Below, piece by piece: positions 10,801 to 23,466 of a stretch of DNA of 64,000 nt (within the stretch, counting starts at the first letter, position 1; each line of letters begins with the position of its first letter). The translations under genes were made by a program, and so were the position numbers. The stretch comes from Paraspadella gotoi (taxonomy: Eukaryota > Animalia > Chaetognatha), in the NCBI GenBank assembly GCA_051294375.1, contig CM119263.1:13532414-13596413 (forward strand), given 5' to 3'. Below the pieces are notes generated by a model that was not told the DNA's origin, did no database searches, and was given only the letters and a program-made list of their open reading frames with translations.

Positions 10801-13800
10801 AGAGGTTCTGGGGACACCAAACCAGATTGAGAGAAATTTAGAGTAAGCCAAACCTGAGATCCAATTCTTAGAAGACAAAAGGCGGCGAAATTTTTGTCGT
10901 TTTTCATTCTGAAATCTTCGCTTCGCCACAACAAAGGAATTCGCAAGTCACTTATCGAGACTTTTGCTCGACAGGGCACCTGATGTGTGTAATAATTCTA
11001 TTATTTCTTTTATGAATTTAGCTAATTATCACTTATTATCATAAAATGTCATACTTGATCTTTTTCCATGACTTGCCGCATCGACGCCATTCTTTTTAAA
11101 TCTCGCTTTTGTTTTTGCAGTTCTTCTGAAAAATTTTTAACGGTTATCGTTAGGTCGTTTTAATAAAGCTTGAGTCAAGCTATCACTTAAATTTTAAGTG
11201 TTAGTATGTTTAAGTTTTAAGTTAAAGTATGTTACCGCGCACCGGAATAAGATTTCATCCTTTGCTCCGAAACGACGAGACTCTTCGCTCCTTCCAACAA
11301 CTGCTTCGGATGCTGTGCAGCACTCAACAGCTTCGTCGTTCCGTCGCGGATCTTAATCTCCAAGTCGATCTTGTGCTGAAGGCTTTCATCCTGATGATAA
11401 AAGGAATAACACAAATTAAGTAGTTGATCTAAACATAAGATGAATCTGTTTATTTTTAACGAACTATCAGTATCATCAAAAAAAAATTAACCATTTATCT
11501 TTTGTTTTTTATATCAAAAACTTTCTTTTATGTGACCGACATCTGAGAACGGATTTTTTAACTGATACCTTTTGTCTAAATCAGTTTCCAAGGATACCTT
11601 AAAGAGGTATAAAAAAAAAACTGCAATACAACGCGACCTCAATGCGTGCTTTTGTGCATTGTGCTTCGTGCAATTATCTATAAAGGCTTTAAGCGATCAT
11701 GGGTTTCAGACTGTAGTCGATCACCACATTAAAAAAGTCTTTTACTCTAAAAAAGTAATAAAATAAAAAGAAATATACAAACTCAAAGCTCAACGTTCGA
11801 CATGAGTGGAGTGGAACTTATCAAATGTCAAGATCTCTACAATTTGTTAAATCAGTTCTTCCGATACCCTTACGTAACGTAAGAATTTAGATTTAGATAT
11901 CTCTTCGATGTATATATCGATGCTCTATATTTTCACGCGATTATTTTCCTTAAAAATGTTTCCGCTTATTCCAGCGACCCAAACTTCCTTCTGCTACTGG
12001 ATGCCAGAACCTGGGATCACTACGAGTACCAACACATCGTGACCGCCAAGTATGCGCCGCGTTCACCCGACAACCAATTCTTCATACCCTACGGAGCCGA
12101 GCTCCAGTATAAAAAAAATGTCGTTGTTTACGACGGCGGTACTAGTAAGAAAACGTTACGTCTCAATTTGTTTAAAAGATTGGCTAAAAAATATTTAGTT
12201 TTAAAAAGATAATCCAAATATTAACTTTTTTTAACTTCATAGCATCATGATATTTACAGTTTTTTTTTTAAAGTTCCTTTTTTCGTATTCGTACATAGAT
12301 TCAATTCCCGAAGTGAACCAAGTGACTGACGATGCGATGGATCGTTCCGACAATGTCGAAGAGATCAATCGGGCCGTCGAATACGCCAACGAACTACAAC
12401 TCTTGTCCAAGAATGCCGTCAAGATTTTGGAAGGTTCGCGACGATTGAAATGATGAACCAAGAAAATCCATATTTGTAAAAAATTGTTTAAAAAGGAGGG
12501 TTTCAACGATTCTCCGGCGCCTACCACTTTTTGCGCACGGAGAAAATGATCTACATGCCGAGGGAGCTGGAGACTCTGAAGACTTACCCTATCGAAATCA
12601 TCCACGGTTTGCTTTATCTGGGCAACGAGAAACACGGCAACGACCACGATATTCAAAAGCATCTCAAGGTATGGACGAGCGTAATATGTTCAAATATATA
12701 CTTTTCTGTACTGGATTACGCGTAATTTTTAAAAATACTTTGTCTGGGGAAACATGGCGGATTGAACTATATGATAAAATTAGAGGCCCATATAAAATAT
12801 ATTTCTCATTCACAATCAGATTAAGGCTCACGTGATTTGCCAAGAAGAATACTCGAAGATTGCTCCGCCGATCTGCGACTACGTGTTGCACCTCAAAATA
12901 GAGGACAGCACCACGGCCGAGATCTCCCGACCCTGCGTCAAGGCCATGGACTTCATGCAAAACTACCTGGACAACGATCTCCCTGTTTTGGTGTGGGGAG
13001 AGAACGAGACTTCCAGGGCCGCCACAATCAGTGAGAAAGAGCTTTGTTTTTTTCATAGATTTTTTATTGTTTGATTTATTCATCGAGTTGCTTTATTGAT
13101 GCAATTGTCCGTTTGTTTTATTGATTGATTATTTAGCTTCGATTAATTAGTTCGATTAGTCCTCATTGATTGATTTGATTGTTTGATTGATAAACAAATC
13201 GGTTTTATTCTCGGGCCAAAGTAACATATAATTTTTGTCAATGCGGGGAAGAATCTTAGCTGTAAAAGAAAAACCATCAAGTGCTAAACGCTTGCTCCCA
13301 ATCGCTTTCTCAGTAACGGCGTACCTCATGAAGTCTCGGAAGTGGACGATGCAACGGGCGCTTCAGCTCGTCCGCGCCTGCCACTACCACACGCGCCCTA
13401 ATCGGGGATTTCTCCAAGAACTCATTCAGTTCGAGACGCAATTGTTCGCTGGCGAAGGAGAAGAAGACATGGAGGCCTCGTGATGTGCGCCTGTCCCCCT
13501 CGGTGTACGAGCGGGAAGGGTCAGACCAGATAACAGACGCAATTTTTTTTTTTCAGTTTCAATTTTTAATCTTGTTATTTCATCTCGTCCTTACCACTGC
13601 CGCTGTCGCATACTCGCGTCCGCACACTCGAACGCTGCCGCATATACTCACTATCCAATATCCATATCTCTCTGTCACCCGAAAAAGAATAATCTGTCCG
13701 GAACCTCTCAACTCAGTGAATGGGATTTTTTTTCCCTTTTATCCCTTTTACCTCATCACGTCTTTTCTGTCAACGAAAGAGAATAATCGCCTTGAACTTA

Positions 13801-14621
13801 ATAAAATAAATATAACGGTTTCTTTTTTTTTATATCTCGGATGCGTCGGAACTGTGAACCTACGTGAACTCGTGAACGAAAAAAAAAACTCCGGGTTCAT
13901 TAGCGTGATTGAAGCTTCTTTTCTCTGATTAACAAATTAGATTTATTCTTACTACGTCGCTTGTATATTGGCTAAAACTTTTTTTTTCTGTAGGGGCTAA
14001 GAGCATGACTGCAATTCCCCCTTCTGACTTACTAATTTTAACATCTTTTTAGGTTTTTTTAGGTCGATTCTTATCATTACAAATCGTGAGCCACCACTTA
14101 AAAATGACGGACCAGACTAATTCTTAATATATTTAATCGTTTTCCATCCCCCAAAAAAGGGTGGAGCCCCGGGGTAAAATGATTCAAAGCATATTTACCC
14201 CTTCATTGGACACATTTATGGTAGAAAACTAATTCGGTAAAAATTAAATTTAATCGCCCGCTCATTATCAAAAGAACTTTCGAGAGAAATTTAAAGAGAT
14301 TTTAAAAAGGAAATCCGTGGAAACTAGTATTAACAATGATTATGTTAATTAATGGTAATATTGATAAAAAATTATAATCACCGTTATGGAGTCGAGGATT
14401 TGCTGAAAGTAAAACTTGTCCAGGTCGTCGTCTTCGAAAAGAGATTTGGGGGCGGTTCCGAGAACCGGGGACGCCACGCGCCCCGAGGCGCCGTCCGTAG
14501 ACTCCACGCCCTCGGCCCGCGACAGGGCGCCGTCCAGTCGCTGCCGCGCCGGAACGGTAAGTCGGAGCGGCGTCGGCGGCGGGGTGCGGCGTCGGATCCG
14601 AAACATCCCCGAAGACGACAT
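7873..14621 (-). CDS. RTKN: Rhotekin-like Rho effector (HR1, anillin-homology and PH domains), about 713 aa
   Basis: Phase-consistent exons 14621-14382, 11390-11243, 11125-11055, 10979-10854, 10089-10016, 9915-9737, 9611-9466, 9395-9305, 9221-9103, 9017-8816, 8687-8388, 8318-7873; motifs LQHKIDLEIKIRDGTTKLL, PCRAKVSISDLRIPLLW, LPLFGQLCCRFAAQP, WWAALQQHLLD. Confidence 0.9.
11802..13483 (+). CDS. STYXL1: MK-STYX pseudophosphatase (rhodanese + inactive dual-specificity phosphatase domain), 311 aa
   Basis: Exons 11802-11878, 11975-12144, 12299-12433, 12496-12668, 12820-13030, 13314-13483, all GT-AG and in phase; DLYNLLNQ, LLLLDAR, GGFQRFSGAYHFLRTEK..YMPREL..YPIEI, AYLM, RPNRGFLQEL; active loop VWGENETSRA has no Cys. 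Confidence 0.92.
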
Positions 14622-15406
14622 CGGCGTCGCTGGGAAGAGTTACGAGGGGTTTAGAAGTTTTTAGGTCCGATTTTTGACACGAGTTTGTTCAGGTCTAGAA
14701 ACATCGGAAATGCTCTCCAGCGGAGAAAGATGAAAGAAAATGATTTTGTTTTTTTTCTGTTTTCTTTGTTTTTTTTTGGGGGGGTGGAAAGTCGAAAACG
14801 GGTCCAGAAGTTGGCAGTGGGAGAGAAGGTCTCGTAAGGGAGGCGGTCGGGAAAGGAAGTTTCGAGATAACGTATATGATTGGGTTATCTCAGAGAGAAG
14901 TTAGGCGATGGGAGTGTCTGGCAGAGATTCAGCGAATATATTCCTACAAAGGGATAGTGAAGTGGGTTAGATAGGTTGACGACTCGAGTCAGTGTCAGTG
15001 TCAGAGAAAAAGCTACCGAGCTACGACTCGATGATCTTCTGAAATTTGCCTGCCCGAATCCCTTCTAACCATGAAACGCCGGCAAATGCCAGGCCGATAC
15101 TCTTGAGGCGAGGTCGCTCGATAAATCCCTCTTCGCAAGTAGATGGCGGGACTGGTGGGTTCGTCCTTATTAACGGTTTCTGAATCGGGGCTTCTGGAGC
15201 AGCGAGGGAGGTCTCGAGTTTTCTTCTCGGGGGTGCTGAGATGTCGGGATCGAGAAAGGCTCTTTGAAAGGCGGCGAACCGAGTTCAAGGAATTCGCTCG
15301 ATCGAAAAAAATGACTCTCACTCGGATCGCGGAAAAAATATCGATTCTCGTTAAGAAAAAAAAACTTTTGGTGAGGGGGGAAGGAAGAGAGAAGTTCGAG
15401 GACCCA

Positions 15407-15443
15407 CGGTCGGTCGGTCGGTCGGTCGGTCGGTCGGTCGGTC
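15407..15443 (+). repeat. (CGGT)n microsatellite
   Basis: Perfect tetranucleotide run. Confidence 0.9.
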
Positions 15444-15906
15444 AGAGCCAAGAGTTTTTTTTTCTTTTATCTCGAAAGGTCGGTGACAGAAGTCGGAAGG
15501 GCAGGGTCGTCGTCGACTGAGGGTGTTGACAGCGGAGAGTGACCGATGAGCGACGACGTCAAACTGAAAGAGAAAAAAAAAGAGAAAATGTGTTGTTTAA
15601 TATTTATTAAGTTAAATCTCGAATTACACCCCCCGACAGAAAAGAATCTCGGGGTTGAGCCGCGAGGGCCGATTTGTCGTTACCCCACTTATCGAACTTT
15701 TATGTTTTATGATTTTTTTTTTAGTTTCTTTTAGGATTAACTATTATCGTAAAGGAAAAAAGAAGCGACGTTATAAAAATTGGTTGATCGTGTGAAAACA
15801 AAGAGAGGGAGGGTGAATCTCGCAGACTGCCGCTTTTTACGGCCGCGGCAATGAAATATTACGCGGAAAAATATCTTTATTTCGTGTCCGATTGAGTTCA
15901 CATATC

Positions 15907-15908
<2 letters not shown>

Positions 15909-15983
<75 letters not shown>
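15909..15983 (+). repeat. (CT)n microsatellite, one of many GA/CT tracts (also about 16277, 17260, 20950, 27592, 31195, 31997, 51783, 54290, 59132, 59333, 59990, 60490)
   Basis: Direct observation. Confidence 0.95.
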
Positions 15984-15987
<4 letters not shown>

Positions 15988-16273
15988 TTAATTGCGATCG
16001 TGAATTCATATTTCGGTGACTTCCGAATAGGGCAAGATTTATGAGGGGAGAAATGTGACGGGAGGCGGGTTGACTATCGGATCACGCGATGTTATTTTTT
16101 TTCCTCGTGACTTTTCTGAATGTGACGATAATTTTCGGAAAGTGAAAGAAGAGTTTCCGCGATGAAGTCGAAAAAAGAATGTCCACGAGGACGCAAAACC
16201 AAGGAAAATTACTCGAGCAGAACGATGAATCAGCTTCAGACGCTAATGAATTAATTTGAAAAATAAATACAAC

Positions 16274-16307
<34 letters not shown>

Positions 16308-17274
16308 TCAAAGACGCTACCTGCACACACGAAACAATTCGAGGAAAATAAACAAACGTGGAGAGAGAATAAAACCCTCAGGAATAAAAGTAGCTGGCCG
16401 CATTTCACTGTCGCGGGAATTAAAAGCGGTTGACCCCGACGACGAGTTCGATGAGTTACGAAAAGATTAACCACTACGTAATATACTCTCTTTTCTTTTC
16501 AACTAAGATTCTCTCCGAGCAATCGAAGAAATCTCTCTAAATTAGAAGATCGGGGAACCGGGGAACCTCGAAGGTAAAATGAACAAAAGGGTTCATTTCG
16601 AAAGAATTATTCGTAATTGGATCAACAATTTCGAGCACCTTATTTCCTTGACGAAGACCGAGGAAGACACGAAGAGAGAAGAAAAAATTATTATCTTGCG
16701 CACGCTTGGCCTAAGCCTATTCTGAGCAAACAAGGATCTTGTTGTATAACTGGTCTCTATCGGACTCCCAGAGGGCTCGTTGAAGCTTATCATTTTCATC
16801 GCAATGGGCGCCTGCACTCGGCCTATCGGAAAAAAAAAACCAACTCCTTTCTGCATATCCGCACGAAAAAAACTCAGATGCTAGATAAGGTTTTATTATT
16901 TCCCGTTCTCCTAAAAGAATGTAATTTATTTTTTATTACATTTTATATATGCTTTGAAACAGTAACAATGTATAATTTTTATGGTGGCATATCCTTCTTT
17001 TTTTTCTATGATTCCGTTGCACGCTACACACGTGTCAATCCTGTTTGTTTTTGGTAATGAAGTTATGTTCCGTCTTTTGAGCTTAAAGCCGACTTTCGAG
17101 TTTCGATACCCTAAAAAAAAAATTGAAAATAAAAAAATTACTAACCACGCTGCGCATCCAGTAAAAACAAAGAATCGTGAGAAATTTTTGTGGAGGCCGC
17201 GAGAAAGAATTTACTATAAACCGTGAATTCTCTCACAGGAGGATATCAAATGAGGCGCTGAGAGAGAGAGAGGG

Positions 17275-17323
<49 letters not shown>

Positions 17324-20300
17324 AAACCAGAATCAGGACCTTTTCAGGAAAAAGGGTGATTATAGATGGACGTCATTGTTGTTGTTAATTTAAAGTTTTA
17401 ACCAATAAAACAGCACAAGGTCGGATTTTCGACTCTCTGGTTTCTTGTGTGAAAGGACGCCTTACTTCCAACTGGTTAAAATTAAGGCAAAACATAAGCA
17501 AAGACAACGAGAGGGATCCCTAAAGGATTTGGTTTTCGGTGTTCGTTAGAATCGCTGTTTACAAATTGAAGGCGATTCAAGGATTTTGAAAAATTGACAA
17601 AAAATGAACCCTAATGATTGAAATTCACATGAACTTATATTGTTGTTGTTGCCGCAGGTTTTACGAGATGATTTTGCTCGTCGTTCTAGTTATTTTTCTG
17701 CCGACTTCCTCATTTCAGCGGGTGATGTTTTTTTCCGTGGATTTTTCCCTCTAATCCAATTTTTCTTTTCATCTGACGTCAAAAAAAAAAAAAAAAATTC
17801 CGAGAAGCGCCCCCCTCCGCCCCCTCTCCTCTTCGCGCGGAAGGAAGTGAGGAAACGTGGATTTTTCTTGTTTCGAAGAGAAAAATAAACAGACGACGGT
17901 GAAAGTTTTGCCGGGAAAAATAATAGGACGACGGAGTTAAAAACAACGAAAAATTACGGGATGACGATAAAAATTAACTAGAGCTCGTCATAATCCGAGA
18001 AGTTTCGGAGGGAAAGATAGAGAGAGAGAGGGAGGGAGAAAAAAGGGTGAGAAAAACGAAGAGACTCGATTGTCGTTAGAGACGTCTCTTCGTCGTTGTT
18101 GTCGTCTTTTTTAACGTCGTCGTAGCCGTGAGCATCGCGCGCGACCTTGGTTCCGCGAGAGTGAATTCCATTCACGAGGCGGATCGTGACTCAAAAAAAT
18201 TTTGACGCGCGCGGAGGAAAGCCCGAGCCGTGGGAGAGGGGCGTTCGCATCCCCAACGGTCCCGCCCCTCTCTCTCACCCTCGCCCGCTCCCACAAAGAA
18301 ACGTGTTCTCTTCCCTTCCTCCCCTGACCGACTTCTCCTCGGTCCCCCGCCATGGAAGGGGAGGCAACCCGAAGGTTGGGGGGGAGAAGGATTCCTTTGT
18401 CTCTCATTATGGACGAGATTCACGGGCTATTTTCCCGTGTTTGCTCCTCGTCGCGAGACAGAGAGGGAGATAAAGAGGGAAGGGGGGAAGAGAGAGAGAA
18501 ACCGCACGTTCTCGCGCGATTAAGCGGCTCGGCCTCGAACGGGCGGGAGGAAAGAGCGGCAGAACTTGCATAAATCTCGAAAAGTGTGACGGTTTCCGGA
18601 TTTAATAGATTTTCCGGTGACTGAAAACGTAATCAATTTGAATTAGATAACGAGCCTTCTATCGCTCTGGAGTTGACTTTAGTTTTTAGCATTTCGTTTT
18701 TCACATTTTCACCATTTATCTATTCCTTCCTTCCCTTTTCCTCTCTCAAGCAATTTCCCCTTTGAAATTCAAAAGAGTAAAGTTGCAGATCTCTCGTAAC
18801 TACGTCGTAAAGAGGAAAGCTGACATTTTTAAAGCCTGTAAGTGTAAGTTATGTTTTATTCGGTATTTATAAGTCATGTTGGATTTTTGTATTTTTCGGA
18901 GCTGCTCTCGGAAATAAAAAAAAATGACGTAATAATAACGACCAAAAAGCATTAAATATAACATTTTGGGATACAAAAAAAATAATAAATTCGTACGTTT
19001 GACTCCGATTTTTAAACAAAATAAAATCCCGGCATGGTAATCGCTTTATAAATCATTTCTCATTTTTATTTTCGGACCCAAATGACAAATTCGAACTCAC
19101 TTGACGAGATGGCGACGACGTTCGAGAAAAATCGAGGAGACGTTCCCCCACGCGCGATAGAGCGAGGAGCGTGCAGGATCTCCTTAGAGACGAAGGACGA
19201 AGGACAAGAGGCGCGTGCCGAAAAACGCGAGCTCTTTTGTTTGGGCGAATCTTTTGTTTTTTTTCGTCAAGCGACTTTTTTTGCGACTCTGTCGTCAATG
19301 TTTATTGGTTAATTCAGTGGAGGCGATGACGTCACGATCGGAAAGAAATAAATTAATTGGCCGTAATGATTTTAGTGACGTCTAGACGGAATGGAATGAG
19401 GAAAATTTATCACGTGAGGCTCGAGTTTATTTGAGAAGGAGAAAAATAAAAATTACAAGAATTTACAAATAACGTTTGGCAATAACATTTAAAATATTAT
19501 AAAAAGATAAAAGTTAAAAATGCATATTTTGAGAAAAACGAGAGACTACCAGGTTCCGGATACAAAGCCATCACAGAAGAACAAAAAAATTATCCTTTCC
19601 AACGTTACCAATTTTTTTTTTAAAAAAAATAAGTCAGAGGAACAATTTCGACTTAAATTTAAAACTTCGGTTTAAGAAAAAAAAATCAAAAAATAAACAA
19701 AAAGAAAACCCGTTGAAATAAACATGGAGTAGGATTTCCTAGATTCGACGCGAGGCAAAAAAGGAAGAGGCAACGAAAAACCTCTTCTTTCAGGGTTCAT
19801 CCCGATCATTTTTTGTTCTCTGCAGACTTTGACTCTGGGATCGAGTTTCGCCGCTCGACGGGGGACTCGGTGAAGTCGACGACGGGAGGGAGCGTCGGGG
19901 GGTGGTCGACGGGGGGTTGCGGGGGTCGACTTCCGAAAGATCGAAGGAAGCGGCGACGTCACGGCTGAGAAGCGCTAGAGCCTCTCGACGCCGCGGGCTG
20001 CATCGTCACGAATTGACACTGAGGCCTCTGGCGGTGAAGCCAAGTATCTCGTTAACGAAATTTTTAATTGTGACTATGTTCAATCGTGTCAACGAGAAAT
20101 CGCAAGTATCAAATAATAATAAAGATACTATCGAAGGGATGAAGTTTCTCTTTCAATTAAGGCGAAAACAACAAAACGATCGACCAAAAAATAAAAAATA
20201 AAAACAAAGGCGATTGGTTTCTTGACCATCGATCCGCCAGCGATCGAGTCGATGGTGAGATGGTGAAGGAATAAGACAAACATCGAACCTCCTCACGTTG

Positions 20301-20945
20301 GTCGAGAGATAAACATCTTCTTCTCTCCCTGAATCGTCTTCGCCAGATCTGGTCAAAAAAAAAACTTGGCCAAACCTCCGCTCCTTCGACGGCCATCGAT
20401 TCATTCCCTTTCATCCTCCTCCTCTTCCTCCTCCTCCTCATCCTCCTTCACCATCGACGAGTTCACGCCTCTTAAAAACCAACAAAGGCCCCCGGGGGGA
20501 AAAAAAATCGCGAGTAAACAAATCTCGCGGCGAGGTTAGAAAAGAAACAAATGATGTGTTATGCCCGTTATTATTTGATTAACAGACTGACGTCGTAAAG
20601 TGTTAATTGTTTGGATGGGTTCTACCGTGAATTTTACATCTTATTCAGGTCCTGTACTGAACAAGAAGTACTGGTACTCCTTACCCTACTGCAATTTTAT
20701 AAAAAGGACGCAAATGTATATATTGATAAGGTATTTAAATGTATAGGGGTAGAGTTGTATCTACTGAAAATAACTGAAAGAAATTTCCTCCGTTTATTTT
20801 TATTCGTTGTCAATAAACATCTATCGAAGCCTGAACGAAACGAGTTTGAACTTTGGAGAAAAGGATGCTCTCTTTCTCTCTCTTTCAAACACTCTCTCCC
20901 CTGCAGCTGATTTTTCTCGTTTCTCTTGTCCGATCCATTTTAAGT

Positions 20946-21042
<97 letters not shown>

Positions 21043-21539
21043 CTCTCTCACTTCTCACACACACTTATATCTAGAGAGCAGTTGTTTGTCTCTTTGAAAA
21101 GCCAAATCCGGATCACATTCGGTACTTAAAAAAAAAGAAGAAAATCAATTCTGAGCCTCTCTTCTAAAGTCGTTGCTCCCCTTCACGTCTCGTGCGTCTC
21201 ACTCGAAAAGAATGACAGCGATTCGGACCAGTTTTCTCGAGGCCTACATTTCGAAAGAACGACGGAATTTCTCGGCGCCGGAATTGGACCCGAGACTCGA
21301 CTGATTCGGCGGAGCGATTCAATGATGCCGAGTTTAAAAGATTTTCAATCGATCGAAGCTCGAACGAGAAATTTAGGGCAGGGGCGCCGTCGGAAAGAAA
21401 TTCCTGTATCGGAAGCGTGAGAAGAAAAAAAAAGATGAAATGAACTCCCACTTGATGATTTTATTGACTTATACTGATTGAACATGCCAAGATTGGCGAG
21501 AAAAAAATACCGAATCGCATCGCGTCAGCTGCATCAACG

Positions 21540-23041
21540 ATGATTCGTTTCACGTCCGCTAGTAGGTAAAGCTTGTCATTTGTTTTTTTAAGGACAACAC
21601 ATTTTTTTATAATATTATCAAATTTTGAGTAACCGCCAACGACCTTCGCCCCTCTTCTCCAGTGCCCCCTCTACTCCCCACCGCCGACGCCGCCGCGCCC
21701 TCCTCTTCCTCCTCTTCCTCCTCTCCTGCCCCCCAATGACCCAAGAGGATCAGCGCCCATTTCATCATCGTCTTGAACTGCGTCGGTCTTCGCTCGTGCA
21801 TCAACACCGCGTGGCCAAGCGATCGAGGAAATTGGGCAACATCCATAAGCGGTGCCTCGAGGCGGGGCTGGACGCCGAGTACACTTTCGTGGTGCAGGTT
21901 CGTTAATTTCATAGGAAGCAGTTAATCTTCAAAAGAAAATATCTTGAATGCTTCTTCTCACCTTTCGTTGCCTTAAAATATCCAAATGTCCTGGCGCTGA
22001 AGAACCAAAATGCCAACGGCCAAAACTCTCACTCTCAAACTTTCCTTCATTCACTTTTTAATCATTGTACCCTTTTTTTTCCTAACTTTTCCCTTCTTTC
22101 CTCCGCAGGTGACGCGCGAGCTCTCGCAGATCTTGATCGATCGCGGCCGGAGCGACCTCTGGCCCGTCGTGGAGAAGGTGCAGATGCGGTACCTCCGCTC
22201 CAGGTGCGTCAGGCGAAAGACGTTCCTCGGCAGTTTTCGCAAGGTCGACAAGAACTACCGCGCCCTCGACCTCAAAGCCAAGTTCATTTTCCTGTTGTCG
22301 TGGACCCACGTGCTCTTCAACCGGCGGTACTGTCGCGCGCAGGTCCACTACCTCGGCTACTGCCTCATCTCCTACAATCACGCCGTCGACGGGCCGCTCT
22401 TCGACGGCTATAAAGGCCTCAAGGCGCTTCTGTCCAAGTCACTCGACGAGGTGCTTTCAGGTCGATTTACGTTGCTGAGTGTCGGGACGACATTTACGAC
22501 CATTTTTTTACTGCAGTCACGAATCATTCATACATTCTTAAGAATGCCAAATATTTTTTTCTTAAATAAAATTCACTCATTATTTATCTGTCTGCCTCGC
22601 AGCATTAAACTTTAGTACATTGTAAAATGTACATTGTTAAGATTGCGTAGATCTGGCGGTGTCTAATATTACAGTCCTTAATTTTCTTTATAAAATTGGA
22701 TCCCTCTTTAGTTTTCCCGTCTCTTGATGAACTCTCTGGAGATAAACTGCAGCATGCTTGAGTCTCGGCCTTCAACGGAAGTGGAGCGCTGCATGGCGAT
22801 GTCGGTGGAGTTTGTCGTTCACCTCGTCAAGAGTTCTGGTTCCGTCGCCAACGCCGGTGAGGCGGCGTTATGGAATATCAACTGGACACCGCCTAGAAAG
22901 ACCCCCGTGGCGCCGTCGGAGAGCGGCACCGCCGGCGGGGTCGCCAGGGTCGGCAGCGCCGTTCCAGAGGTTACGGTCGACGACTTTGGGATTTCGAAGC
23001 AGAAATCAGTGCAAGGAACGACTGAAGAAAAACGGTTGTGA
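21540..23041 (+). CDS. Orphan putative secreted protein, 310 aa
   Basis: Exons 21540-21565, 21663-21897, 22109-22450, 22712-23041 join in frame with GT-AG; strong C/G third-position bias in exon 3; RRRRR-ALLFLLFLLSC signal-like segment and RVAKR site. Exon 1 is less certain. Confidence 0.75.
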
Positions 23042-23466
23042 ATTCACAATGCCATTCTCAGTACTTTTTATGAAATGAGAATGACAACGACTGTTGCGAC
23101 GCCAACGCGTGAGAAAGCGTTCAAGAACCGAACGGGAATATACTGCGTATATCTAGCGTTTGCGTTTCCAGTTGGCATGGCTACATGCAATATTGGTTTT
23201 ATTGGCCTTATTATATGTAGTTGTTATTGAATTGTGGTCGTTTACCTATTCCAACAAACCAAAAAATCGCCATTAACCATTCTTTGTCTCTTAATTGTAT
23301 TTCATATTTTCACAAAAAACGAGTCTTTTTTCATGAATTAATAAAAATTATGGTAAAAGACAGAGAGAAAGGAAATATCATCGTATCAAATTTTTTTTCC
23401 TTTTAACTTAAGATATAGGACCCACAAAAACATTTTCTAGAACTATTTGATTCTAAGCTTGACATA

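Noticed and set aside
11055-11077. Apparent second GC donor (G|GCAAGT) in rhotekin
   Set aside because: Recounting the frame shows the canonical GT at 11054 is in phase 0 with the next exon
16593-17057. 146-aa and 87-aa ORFs in the intergenic region
   Set aside because: No recognisable motif, no codon bias and no compatible splice partners
20821-21074. ORFs with RE/SL/FFLS/TTT runs (also about 26337, 44969, 50786, 59307-60139)
   Set aside because: These are translations of microsatellites
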